From assembly GCA_046563655.1 (NCBI GenBank), contig CM102287.1:9424001-9488000 (forward strand): a DNA stretch of 64,000 nt, given 5' to 3'. Below, piece by piece: positions 1-11,191 of this stretch. The stretch comes from Yuukianura sp. NJ FZ-2021 (lineage: Eukaryota). A program made the translations under genes and the position numbers. A model generated the notes under the pieces. The model was not told the origin of the DNA, did no database searches, and saw nothing but the letters and a program-made list of their open reading frames with translations. Numbering within the stretch: the first letter of the stretch is position 1; the number at the start of each line of letters is the position of its first letter.

Positions 1-927
1 TTTTTGTCTCGCAAGTTCGATTTCTTCTGAGCAGTTGTTGATTCCTACAATCTGGACATCGGGGAAGTTTCTGGTCAAGTACAAAGCAAATTCTCCTGTA
101 CCACAACCAATGTCCAGAATACGCATGCCTGGACGCAGGTCAAGTTTCTGACTAAGGATTTCCATGTTCCTGGTGAGCGCTTGTGCAAGAATGATGGACG
201 AATCTATATCGTCGCCTGGTGTTGCAGCAGTCGTGTCCCAGTAGCCTGACGAGTACGGCGTACCCTCGGGCATTACTTGTATCATAATTTTGTCTAAAAA
301 CAAATTCAAAAAAAGAGTTGAAAATTGTTTTTTTAAGGTTGTTTTCATAATTTTGGAATCTTACTTGCAGGACCGGTTATCCAATCACTGTCAGGCTTAT
401 TGTCATCCCACGGTGTCTCGGCAGCATGTAAGTAAATCCAGTCCCGAGCAACGTGAAGCGGATTCCGGAAAGTGCCGAATCCTTGAAAAACGCGTTTCAT
501 CAAAAGCTGGATGTCCGAGCATTCCCACACGCCGTTCAAATAGCCTTCACCAACGGCAATTGACCCCTGAGTGGCCATGTTCAAAAATAAGTTGGGATCG
601 TTCACTACAAACTCAATTTCACGTGATTCGTCCGATCCGATTTGCTCAAGGTCAAGACCTTCTTCCGACCCTTAAAAAATTCAAATTCAAAATTTCCAAA
701 AACTCTGTCCTCCAAATACTTCAAAAATCGTTTTCTTTTTCCAAAAGTTAAGTACCTATGCTTGTGCCTTGTCCCAGGACCACTTTAACTCCAACTTTTG
801 CTAAACTTTTAGTTGCAATGAAATTCAAAACGAATCGCAACGGGCGGAGGATCAAGTACTGCACGAATGTTAAAATTCTTAAGAAAATTATGAGCAACCA
901 GAACACGTAAGTAAGTAAGGAATGCAT
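1..927 (-). CDS. Cyclopropane-fatty-acyl-phospholipid synthase (Cfa/CMAS)-like SAM methyltransferase, divergent; 3' part lies outside the window
   Basis: Hand-spliced exons 927-756, 670-365 and 293-<1 (GT-AG, frames consistent). Translation has a hydrophobic N-terminus (MHSLLTYVFWLLIIFLRILTFV), then VVNDPNLFLNMATQGSIAVGEGYLNGVWEC (cf. Cfa VxxPxFFxRVLxxGSLGLGESYMDGWWEC), PYSSGYW, and LSQKLDLRPGMRILDIGCGTG (SAM motif I). Confidence 0.8.
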
Positions 928-1742
928 TTTGAACTAAAGTTAAAGACTAATTTTAGGTTAGGTAAAGTTAGGCTTTTAGCCTAACAATTTGCTACCACAG
1001 TTGCTTACTCTCAGAGGTCACTCAGGTCAATGTTAGTCTAATTGAAGTAATTGTTGGAACTTTCCTAAGAAATTTACAACTGCCTTCATGACTCTCATGA
1101 CGCACACTCCAGGAAATGTTGGACATTTTACACTACCAAAAAGTACTTTGGGTAAAACCTAAACAGCATGAATTCCCACACTATAAAATAATAAAAGTTG
1201 AACGCAAGAATTATTGTTATAGTCTTTTAAAAAAAAGAAGTTAAAAAAAGTGTACAAGAAAACCATTTTACGAAAAACAAAATTTAATGAGCGCCTGAAC
1301 CGGTTTGGAAGGAACAATATGGAGGTAAAAGTAGATTACAGGTTATATAAAGCAACAAGTTTAAACTTCAAAACACAAAAACAAACAGAACATCTAAATT
1401 TAATTTGTTAATTGATTTTAACCAAGATTAGATTAGAAACAAGAAAGATGTTAAACAAGATTAAAAAATGTCGCCGTCCTTCGATTCTCAATGATCGAAA
1501 AGTTACTACTGTTGTTGTGTTACTATTTTTATTGCTTAAGTTCGTAGTTGCCTCCACCATGTTTAACAAAAAAAACTAATTAAATATTTCAATTAACTGA
1601 ACATAATGTAAAGTTAACATAACGTGGCTACCTAATATGCAAATTAGGTTTTTAACATAAACGATTGCCATCCGAAATGAAAATTAAATTGTAAAGTAGA
1701 TTTTTTTTTGTTCTTGAGAATGCTAAATAATTTTGTTTAAAT

Positions 1743-3204
1743 TTAAACATTCGCGGGCGTATCTGCCCGGGCGAAAACGACGCCATAGACTTTGTGTCCA
1801 ACGGAAAACGATTCGGCAAACCCGGTTTGCCGCAAGAGGGCGTCCCATTCGTCAGTTTTGAGCAAAGGGCAATTGTGTGTCCGAAATTCGTCACCCCATC
1901 GCCACCACCCGCCCGCAAAACCGAAACTGATTTCCAGGAATGTCGTACTTTCAAAAACTTCGCCAAGAACCAAAAGCCCGCCATCTTTCAAAGCCGTTCT
2001 GGTATGAATTAGAGTGTCATCCAAGTATTCCGTAGCGTGGTACACATCTGCTGCAAGCACAATGTCGTAAGTTCCCGGATCGATTCCTTGTTCCAGCAGA
2101 GGGCGCTCGATGTCAATTGTTTTGTAGTAAACAGGAATGGCCGGAAATTCTTCAGAGATTACCGCTTTGGTTTTGGAGACAAAGAAGTTGGAAATGTCTG
2201 AAAACGTGTATTCAACTGGAAGGCGGAGCTTAGTGAGAGCACGCATGAGTGGAATTGTTGTGCCACCAGTTCCACCTCCAATTTCCAAAATTTGAACTGG
2301 ACGACCAATGGAACTGAGTCCATTGTTGAGCAAAAATTGGACGTGATTGATAATTCCTTCAATTGTTGGAAATAGTTTGTAGTACTTCATGGTCATGCTG
2401 CGTTCGTAAAATCGTTTCGCGCCGGATTCGAAATTCGGCGAGTTTTCAGAAGGAAATAATACCGTGAGTCCGTTTTCCTTTCCAGTCATTACAGCATAAA
2501 TATACTGTCCTAAAATTCCCAAAAAATTTAGTAAAAATTCACTCGCGTATATGGCGCAAAAAAAAATTGTTCGCGCCTGCGAAATCCTTACCTACGTGGT
2601 TGGCAAACAGGGTTTCTTGATGACACTCTGGGTACTGAACCATTTCCGTTTGTAAATCCTTGATTTTCTTTTCAATGTCGTCTTTTGACGGCGCGGATTT
2701 GATTACGCGCCATTTCAGTTGCGGCTTAACAGCGATTTTCTCCAAAATTCCTCCAGTTTCTAAACGTTCAAAAATCGTAAGCAGAAGTAACTTGAATTCT
2801 TGGCGTAAGTTGTAACGACGAGAAAACGTTATTGAGTCAACGACTTCGCCGATCTCAGGAGTCCACGCCATTTCGACGAAGAATGCGCTACACATGTATT
2901 GATAAGCCAAATCGTTCAAAATTTCGAGCCCTTTCTGATGTGCTTTACTTTCGGAACTTTTAAACATAGTCTCAAATTGCCCCGAAATTGCGGATTTCAA
3001 AGCACCAAATTGCTGAGCAATAACTTTTTGGTTGTCCAATTCCTGTTCAAATTCGCAAGATTAAAAATTTACATTATGCAATTTAAAATTTCATTAAAAA
3101 TATTCTGATAATCAATTAGAACTTACAGTTTTTGAAGCATTTTCAGGCTGGACGCTGCCAGGCGTCGTATTGTAGTCTACAGTTACTGTTCCTTGATCTC
3201 CCAT
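1743..3204 (-). CDS. Stand-alone PKS/NRPS-type C-methyltransferase-like protein (431 aa)
   Basis: Exons 3204-3127, 3042-2592 and 2509-1743 splice in frame (1296 nt). Motifs ILEIGGGTGGTT, YTFSDISNFF, IDIERPLLEQGIDPGTYDIVLAADVYHAT, LKDGGLLVLGE and GGWWRWGDEFR...PLLKTDEWDALLRQTGF are typical of type I PKS cMT domains. Confidence 0.8.
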
Positions 3205-4159
3205 TGTTAACAAAAGTTAACGTAAACAAGGTTAGGGAAATAAACAAAGTTAACTAAACACGAACAGCTAGTTAACTGGACAGTACAGTTCACAATTAAG
3301 AAGATGATTAGCTACTCAAGGTGAAATTCGAAGTGTCGAGATTTGATCCAATCAAGTTTTTATATACTTCCTTGCCATAACTTCTTGTAGCTTCTTTGTT
3401 CCTACTCTCCTGCATATATTGAACAAAAAAAGTTGTTCAAAATTGCAAAAACTTCCAGTTCCCACTACTTTAACTTCCAAATCGTAAATCGCAATTGGCA
3501 AGAATTGCAAGAAGTCTAAACTAGGAAAAGCAAACAATCGTAATCGTAATTTTAACCAGTTTTCAAAGTTGCGGAGGGTAAGTAATCTTAAAAACACATA
3601 TTTTTCGTCATTTTTTGCTACAATTCGTTTCGGTAGCAAGTTTTTTACAAGTAAAACTAATTAAAAGTGAACTTTAAATCGCACTTGGCATAAATTAGTA
3701 AACTTCGACATGGGAATTAAAGTGTATTTTTATAACTTTAAGTTCCAGAGAAATGGCATAACATACACTCGGGAATTACAAATCACCCGCGGCTATGCTT
3801 TGGTTTCTCCAAAAATCTTTTGCATCTTTTCAAAAAAACTGACTTTTTTCTGAAAAAGAAACCACGTTGAAAAAGAGCACGAGGCGAAACATGAAAGAGG
3901 AACATTTTGCGGTAAAATCGTGGGAAAAACGTGAGTTGAATGTAAAACCACGAGATTGTTTCCAAAATTTCCATGTTTTTGGTTTCGTGTCTAATCTTAT
4001 GTGCGTCATCATCAACCGTGTGAATTTCAAACAAAAAAGGAACAACAAAAACCATGTTGAGGTGCACATTTGAATTCAAACCAATTAAAAACATATTAAT
4101 TAGGAAACCTATAATTTCAAAAACAACTTACTTTTGGAAAAGAAATTGGACATTCAACA

Positions 4160-4447
4160 AAAAAAAATCGTTCCTATAAGCTGGACGACGCCAATTTGAA
4201 AATTTACCGCCCAAAATTCAAACTTCACTTTTCAAATTGAGTGTAAACGCGGCAAAAATCAAAATACGCGTCTGTGGTTCCTTATCGCTACGAAAAAAAT
4301 GAGAATTGAAAAAAATTCGTTCGTATAAGCTTGAATGACGCCAATTTCAAAATTTCCCACCTAAAATTCAAAAGTTTTCAAAAACTTAGTGTAGTAAAAG
4401 TGGGAAAAACCAAAATAGGCGTTTTTCCTTATCCTAACGAAAAAAGA
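4160..4447. repeat. Degenerate direct duplication, about 150-bp unit x2
   Basis: aaaaatcgttcctataagctggacgacgccaatttgaaaattt (~4164) recurs as aaaaattcgttcgtataagcttgaatgacgccaatttcaaaattt (~4311); both copies end in ttccttatc...acgaaaaaa. Confidence 0.7.
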
Positions 4448-5613
4448 AGTTGATGTTTCAAGTTTTTCCAACTCGTGAACTTTGAACTTTATGAACTCCC
4501 ACAGAAAACGAGTTTTTGTAAACAAAAATATTAAATTTCTTTCTCGAGTACAAAAAACTTTTCAAAACCATTTCTAAAAAACTTGACAAACTTTTTGAGG
4601 TGTACTCAAAACTAGAAAAATATGCTTTCAACTAGAAATTTTAAAAAGTGAGAGTTGAAGTGGAGACCCTGAAAGCTTTTTGCTTACTTTCACTCTTTTT
4701 CTCTCCTTTTCCCCATCTTTTGTGCAGAGCTAATTTCTTGACATGTTACGCAACCTTCCTAATCAAAATGGACAGAAAATGTAAAGATTGAGTGAAAGCA
4801 GAGCTGTAGATATCAGTTTAGTACACACAAAAAGCAATACTTTTTCGTAAGCGTGGTTCCAGGAACAAAAAGTTCCTTTATCTCCCTACGCCCTGTCAAG
4901 AATCCGACGAAATCTCATTTCTTTTCTCCAGTTCCTCCCCTCGGAGTTCTCCGTTATAGAAATCCTGCCTTTCTTCTATTTTTATCTATTCCTCTACTTT
5001 CCATCTTCCGTTGTTCCCTGGATGCTGCCAAGATACCGTGTTGAGTGGTGAGAGTCCTGGAGACTGTGCTGGAACAACCAACAGTAAGTTCCTGGAGTCA
5101 AGACCCAGAATCAATACTTTCTCCAGCACAAAACTTTCTCCAGCACTCCAGTGTCTCTTCTCCAGTCAGTCTGTGGGAATCTCCGGGACGGAGAACAAGA
5201 AAATTCACATTTTGTTCCAAACACCTCCAGAACACGCTACATTTCACACGGTTCCTGTCTCCATCCATTCCACTCGTCCATCAGTCTTCATTCTAATTAA
5301 TCAATACACACACAAAATGAGATTTTCTCCAATATTTTACCACGGAAGAATCCAAACTTAGTACATTTTTAAGAAAAAAGTAAGTCCACCAACAGCATTT
5401 GTCTCAAAAATCTGTCAAAACTTACCAATTGAACAACAAAATCCTCAAGTTTTTAAATCCACCAGAAAATCCTTTTCCACCAGAAAAAGTTTTCTAATTG
5501 ACCAGGAAATCCGCGAAAACTTTTTAGTTCATCCGAATATCGTTGAAAAGTTCCCAAACCATCAAAATCTGAAACAAAATTTTGAAATTTTAATTTTTGT
5601 TTTGTTAGAAAAA

Positions 5614-6627
5614 ATGGAACGTGCTGATGGACCAGAATCGAGTCCAACAGAACAAGAACTAGAAGAAGCAGAGGCTAGCGACAACCTTGGAACTTTGAAA
5701 CCACCGCCACCGGCAGCAAAAGTCCGCTCACCGCGAAGTTACGCTCAACTTAAAGCCGAATTTAAAAAAGGCCGCGGAGTTACACTTACCAAAGAAGAAA
5801 GCGACATCTACTGGCGTGGGAAACGTGACGACTGGGAAGCCGAGAAACGGCGACATGAAGTCGCCGAGCGACGGTTTTGGGCCGCCTCAAAGACAGTTAC
5901 GCGTCACTTCTGTGTCAAAATCCTCTTTTACTCCGTCTATGGTCTCTGGACAGCCACTCCCATTGCTGGAATTGTCATCGGACTAATTTTTGTGTCCAGC
6001 GATAACTGTCCCGGTCAGCCCTCAATTGCTCCACTACTAATCGTCCTTGGCATTCTGTCGATATTTGTCGGTTTGAGTCTCGTCAAATCCCGGAAAAAAC
6101 CGAACCGGATCGAAACGGAAGTCGTTGAGTCTCCTCTGCCGGTCGACCCGGATTCTCCTCCTGCTGCTCCTAAAGATGTCGCTGATGAGCCACCGCTGCC
6201 GAACGGTGGAGCCGAAGAGCCGAACCAAGACGAAGACATCGAACTTGGACCAATTTCTGAAGAAACGTATACGCTTGGAGAGACGCTGGGCGTCTGTGCC
6301 GGTGGATTCCTCTTCTGTTTCATAGTGATTTTCAAATTTGCGCATCTCATTTTGTTCATAGCGACGAGTGTGATAGTGTATAGATTCGCCGGTAGAGTTC
6401 AATTTTCCAAGACGAGCTTATCCGATGAAGACATCCAGAGTGTGTACTGTAACGAAGTCTTGTTCAGATTTGCTTACTGGTACATCACTCTTGCGCTGGC
6501 AATTTTAGCACTTCTTTTACTCTGTTGTTGCTTCGGCTGCTGTACTTTTGCTGCATGGACTTCGTATGCCTCCCGAGAAGCAGTACGACAGCAACGGGAT
6601 CCACTGCAAGCCAACACGGAACCTTAA
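5614..6627 (+). CDS. TMEM272-like multi-pass membrane protein (single coding exon)
   Basis: ATG at 5614 follows a ttttgttag acceptor, implying a 5'UTR intron. Four hydrophobic segments; motifs GLIFVSSDNCPGQPSIAPLLIVLG and YCNEVLFRFAYWYI, plus a Cys-rich CCCFGCC after the last TM segment. Confidence 0.65.
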   Translation: MERADGPESSPTEQELEEAEASDNLGTLKPPPPAAKVRSPRSYAQLKAEFKKGRGVTLTKEESDIYWRGKRDDWEAEKRRHEVAERRFWAASKTVTRHFCVKILFYSVYGLWTATPIAGIVIGLIFVSSDNCPGQPSIAPLLIVLGILSIFVGLSLVKSRKKPNRIETEVVESPLPVDPDSPPAAPKDVADEPPLPNGGAEEPNQDEDIELGPISEETYTLGETLGVCAGGFLFCFIVIFKFAHLILFIATSVIVYRFAGRVQFSKTSLSDEDIQSVYCNEVLFRFAYWYITLALAILALLLLCCCFGCCTFAAWTSYASREAVRQQRDPLQANTEP

Positions 6628-7142
6628 AATTCGAGCTTTCACTTCTTAGAAATCTTCCAGGAATTTCCAACAATGTCGCTCCAAGAACGTTGTTCAAAAT
6701 TCCACACAAACCCTAGTGCAGGTCAGGTTCCTAACCCGCAGGTCAGAGGTCAGGTTCGGACCTGAATCCAATCCCAACATAAACTGTGAGTTTAGCTTAA
6801 AAATATCCTCGTGTAACTTGCCAAATGATATCAGAAGAAACTTCCAGTAATTGTGTATTTCCAGAACAAAGAAATGTAACAATAGAGAAACGTAATTATA
6901 CTTACTATATTATATAATATTCAATGAATATGATATAATATGTTCTTAGGCTTACCCAAAAGTTGAAAGAGGCTAAAAATCTACGTGAGACGCTCTAAAA
7001 AGTAACAATAAATTATAATTAGTTTTTTAGCCGTGACCTGTTGGACAGGTCACAGTCACAGATACATAGACACGTGACCTAAACAGATATTTGATCTAAA
7101 CAGGAGCCAATGGGTGAACTTCTTTTTAAAAACCGCCATTTT

Positions 7143-10100
7143 TTAGCCAATCACGGTAGCCGTTGTCCAAGTTATGCCCTCAGAGGGAATTTCAACTTCT
7201 TCTGAAACGGGGGGTAAAACGTGAACCAGAATTGGAGTTTCCATCATTTCCATTTCAGAATCGGACTGGACAATCTTCACCGCCTTGTTTGCTCTTGCTT
7301 TTCCGTATTTAGCAGCAAGAGCAGTTGTTGCACTTCTTCTTGTTCCGGTAGGCAGACGGTCGTAACCATAAAGTTGGCGCCACTTTGCTCTCTTGATTCT
7401 TGAATTCTCGCGGCACTTTTGCCGGTGAGCCAAAATTTCTTCGTCGCCAAACGCTGGGCCCTTGGGACATCTATAGTTGACATGAGTTGTCAAATTACTC
7501 AAAGTTCGGAATCCTTTGCCACAGCCGGAACAGAGGTGCTGAATTGTGGTTCCGGTGTGACTTACTTCGTGGATCTGAAATCCAAAATTCAAAAAAAAAG
7601 TGAAGACAAGCAAAACAAAACTCATTTTGAAAGTTTCTAAACAGAACAACACAGACACAAAAAAAAAATTCAAAAGGAAGTTTTTCGTACATTCAAAAGT
7701 CTCGATGACTTGAACTTGAGGTCACAATGTTGACAGGCATAAGGCGTTGCCTCCGAGTGAATCATGGCAAAGTGGGACTGAAGATTCCTCTAAAAACAAG
7801 AAGCAATTTCAAAAAAATAATTAAAAAAGTTTGACAAAATCTAAGGTCAAAGGTCAAACTTGACTTTGATGTTTTTTTACCTTAGTTTTGTAAGCCATTG
7901 GACATTGGTCACACTTGAACGGTCTCTCTTCTGAATGTGAAACAGCATGGCTAGCCAAATTCTTGTACTTGGAAGTACTGAAAGTACATCCAGGGAAGTC
8001 GCAGTATTGAACGACATTTGGTCCGGCCTCGTGATTGATTCGATGGTGTTGTCTCAATGACGATTTCCGTACAAACGCAATTCCTGGACAAAGTGAACAG
8101 CGGTAGCGATTTTCATCGTGTTCCCAGGCAACGTGATGTTTAAGGTCTTTTGAATTTCCGAAAGACTGGCCACAGTCTAGAACGCATGTAAATGGAATTG
8201 GAATTTCGACATGGAGAGCTTCATGTTCTTGAAGGGCTCTTGCTACGTCTTCAGATGGTTTCGAAAGTTTGGAAAAACTTTTAGAACAGTACTGGCAGTA
8301 CAAAAAGTTCAGTTTGGGATGATGTACATTCTGAACGTGATGGTTGAGTAACCGCCGATCTGGAACACAAATTAATTGAAGTTTTAATTAATTCTAAATC
8401 TAATTGATTTCTTAGTTTTTTCTAAATGAGTTACTTACCTTTGAACACCCGATTGCAATTTTCTATTACACACGGAAACGATTGTATAACGGACTTCGCC
8501 AGTATTTTGTCCTCAGTATGCGTTTTGCGATGTGCTTCTAACTTTGTTCTGTAGTTAAATTTGGCTCCACATCCAAAAATTGTGCAGTGGTATGGTTCAG
8601 GATCGTTTTCGTGGTCTTTCCGGTAGTGAATTTCGGCTTTACATGGTCTTGAAAATAGACGCTTACAAGATGGAACTGAGCATCGAATGGTAAGTGTGTT
8701 CCATTTGTTGGTGCTTTCCACTTTGACTGGAGCTGGAGGAACGTACTTGTCTGGTATAAACTTCTGCTTCTTTTTCTTCGTTTCTTTTACTCTGGGTTTC
8801 AGTTTAGGCTTTTCATCTTCTTCACTCTCTTCGTCATCCCGTTGAAACCTTCCACCACGAAACCGAATTTTCCGTTTTCTTAGTCTGTCTTTATAAGGGT
8901 TGCTTACAACTATAAAAACAAAATTAAACAAAAATTATAATCCATAATTTTATAATTATTGCTTATAAGCCAAACTCAAAACTATAATTTTCAGTTTAAA
9001 ATTTATAAGTTATATAATTCATATAATTAATAAGTTATAGTTATACCCTAAAATTTATAGTTTAGAAGTTGCTAATTAATAAACTACTCATTATAATTGA
9101 AACCATTGCAATTGAAACAGTAACTATTTTAATTTATAGTTACGAATAAAACTTATAATTCTAATATAAAATTTCAATGTGACTTTTACCTGGAACCCAA
9201 TCGATGTCTGTTTGGTCAAAATTAGCTTCATCAAAAGCCGGATCAACTTCGTGGTCACTTGTAGCCTCAATTTTGATTTCAACTTTTTCTTCCAAGTCAT
9301 CTTCAAATGTCGCATCGTTGTCCTCAGGCACTGGATCCGGTTCCGCCTGGAGTTCATCAGCGACAGTGTCAAACGCTTCGGCTTCAGCTTGATCATGGTC
9401 ATGCTCTTCTGCAACTGCGGCAACTTCATTGTCTTCTGCAGGAATTTCCGGAGCGACTTCGACTTCGAGCTCAGCCTCCATTTCATCATCATTTGAAACC
9501 TCGTAACTCTTCAGATTCTGGGCAAAGATTTCCTTCGACGCATAGTAACTTTCGATCCGACGTGCCACGGTGTCTCTCAACTTGCCTAATTTTGCTGCTA
9601 AAGAACTCACGGATCGATGTACCCAGTTGATGTCACGCAGGAGCTGAGCACACTTTTGGCAGTACATGCCACAAGACAAGACGCGATGAGCTGGTTCTTC
9701 AATGTCTAAGACGTTACAAAGAGATTTGCTGATACTTTGACCCCAGTCTTCCGGGTACTTCCCAAATGCTTCCAAAGTTCTTCGTCGAGTGCCACTATTC
9801 CCACAAATGAAGCAAGCATCTCCCTTCAGTTTTCGGTAGTACGGTGGTAGGGCCATGAACATTTCTAGTTCATCTAGTTCATTCATGGCATCTTTGACCT
9901 CTTCCTTGGGTTTCTTCAAGGCCAGTCCTCTGCTGCTTTTCTTCGACTCTCCCCCGAAAGCAGCTCGACAACGGTTGTTTCCATTCAGATGTGCTTCGAG
10001 ACAGAACGGCCGCGGGCTGAAACTGAAGAGACAGGTTTTGCATGTTGCGGAGATGACCATCCCATCTGAATTGTAGATTGGAGTAAAGTGTTCCCAGTAT

Positions 10101-10480
10101 CCAGCCAAGTGCTTAGTGAATCCAATTTTTCCTGATGATAGTCTTGTAATGGAACTGGGATCAACGTTAACCACTATGGAATCAGCCGTGTTGTTTTCTG
10201 CTTCCGTAATGCCAATAGCCTTCTTCTCGTCATCATTAACTTGATCATGGCCACCTTCCACGTCAACAGCAGCAGTATCATCAGGCACAGTTCCTTCAGT
10301 TTCCGTCTCTACCTCCATCGAGGTGACTGTAACCAAAGTGGGTACTGCGTCATGGCCTTGTTCTTGCTGCACAACTTCCGTCTCTTCTTCCGTTTCATCT
10401 TGAGGGTTGTCACTCGGAAGTTCCGTGTAATGAATAATCACTTCCGAAGATCCAATTTCAGATGTATCAGAGACCTCCAT
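7143..10480 (-). CDS. Multi-C2H2 zinc-finger protein with N-terminal BED-like finger, ZAD-like Cys cluster and acidic linker
   Basis: ORFs 9161-10480, 8431-8931, 7854-8303 and 7143-7673 carry many CxxC...HxxxH fingers and an HSEERPFKC linker. The N-terminal exon has YWEHF...CKTC...LEAHL (BED-like) and CFIC...YCQKC (ZAD-like). Confidence 0.85.
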
Positions 10481-11191
10481 TTTCTAGTAAGGATTGGGTT
10501 TGATGATTGATGAATGATGAAAAGACAAATATAGTAATTGGGTCAAGATTTGCTGGGCTTAAGTTATATTGTTCCTCCACGTCTTCCTTAGTTAGATGAC
10601 TTCCCGGACGTCGTAGAATCCAGAAAGAAGTGGAAATGTAATTAATTATAACAATTAAATCACAACGTCAAAAAAAAATCAATGTCCAAAACGGCTGTTT
10701 TTCCTTTGAGAATTGAGAGTGAAGGAAAACGGACAACATGAATGAAGCTTTCTCATAAAAAAAAGAAAACATAAACCACAAAAACCACGCGATTTGAAAA
10801 TTGCATTTTCCCGCACTTTGATTTCTCGTCTCACTTTGCCCCAACCAAGTCACACAATTTGCGACAAAAGTAAAGACAATAACCTATGACCTAAAAGTCG
10901 AATCGCGCTTAAATAGATTAAGTTAATCAATTAATCACACCTTGCTGCACTGAATATGTCACGGTTTACTTTTTCAAGTTAAAATTTGGGGTCAACTAAG
11001 AAAATAAATTGTTTCGATTTTTGGAAGAATAGAACGAAAATGTGAATTCCAATTAGAAAAGTCCGACTTTTCTAAAAATCTAGAAACTAAGATCAGCGTC
11101 TTTCCACTTTGGGCTAAAACCTTAGTTTCTTGTTCTGCGTTACTGTTGACATTCTAATCAACAATTACTTGATCACAATTAGTAATCGTGA

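Noticed and set aside
290..751. 153-aa plus-strand ORF, and many other antisense ORFs (e.g. 6015-6402, 9179-9630, 19643-20023, 29149-29622, 34652-35056)
   Set aside because: They are shadows of real genes on the opposite strand or frame, with no recognisable motifs.
1..3204. Bacterial contamination as the explanation for the two methyltransferases
   Set aside because: Both genes have frame-preserving spliceosomal GT-AG introns of the same size and style as neighbouring host genes.
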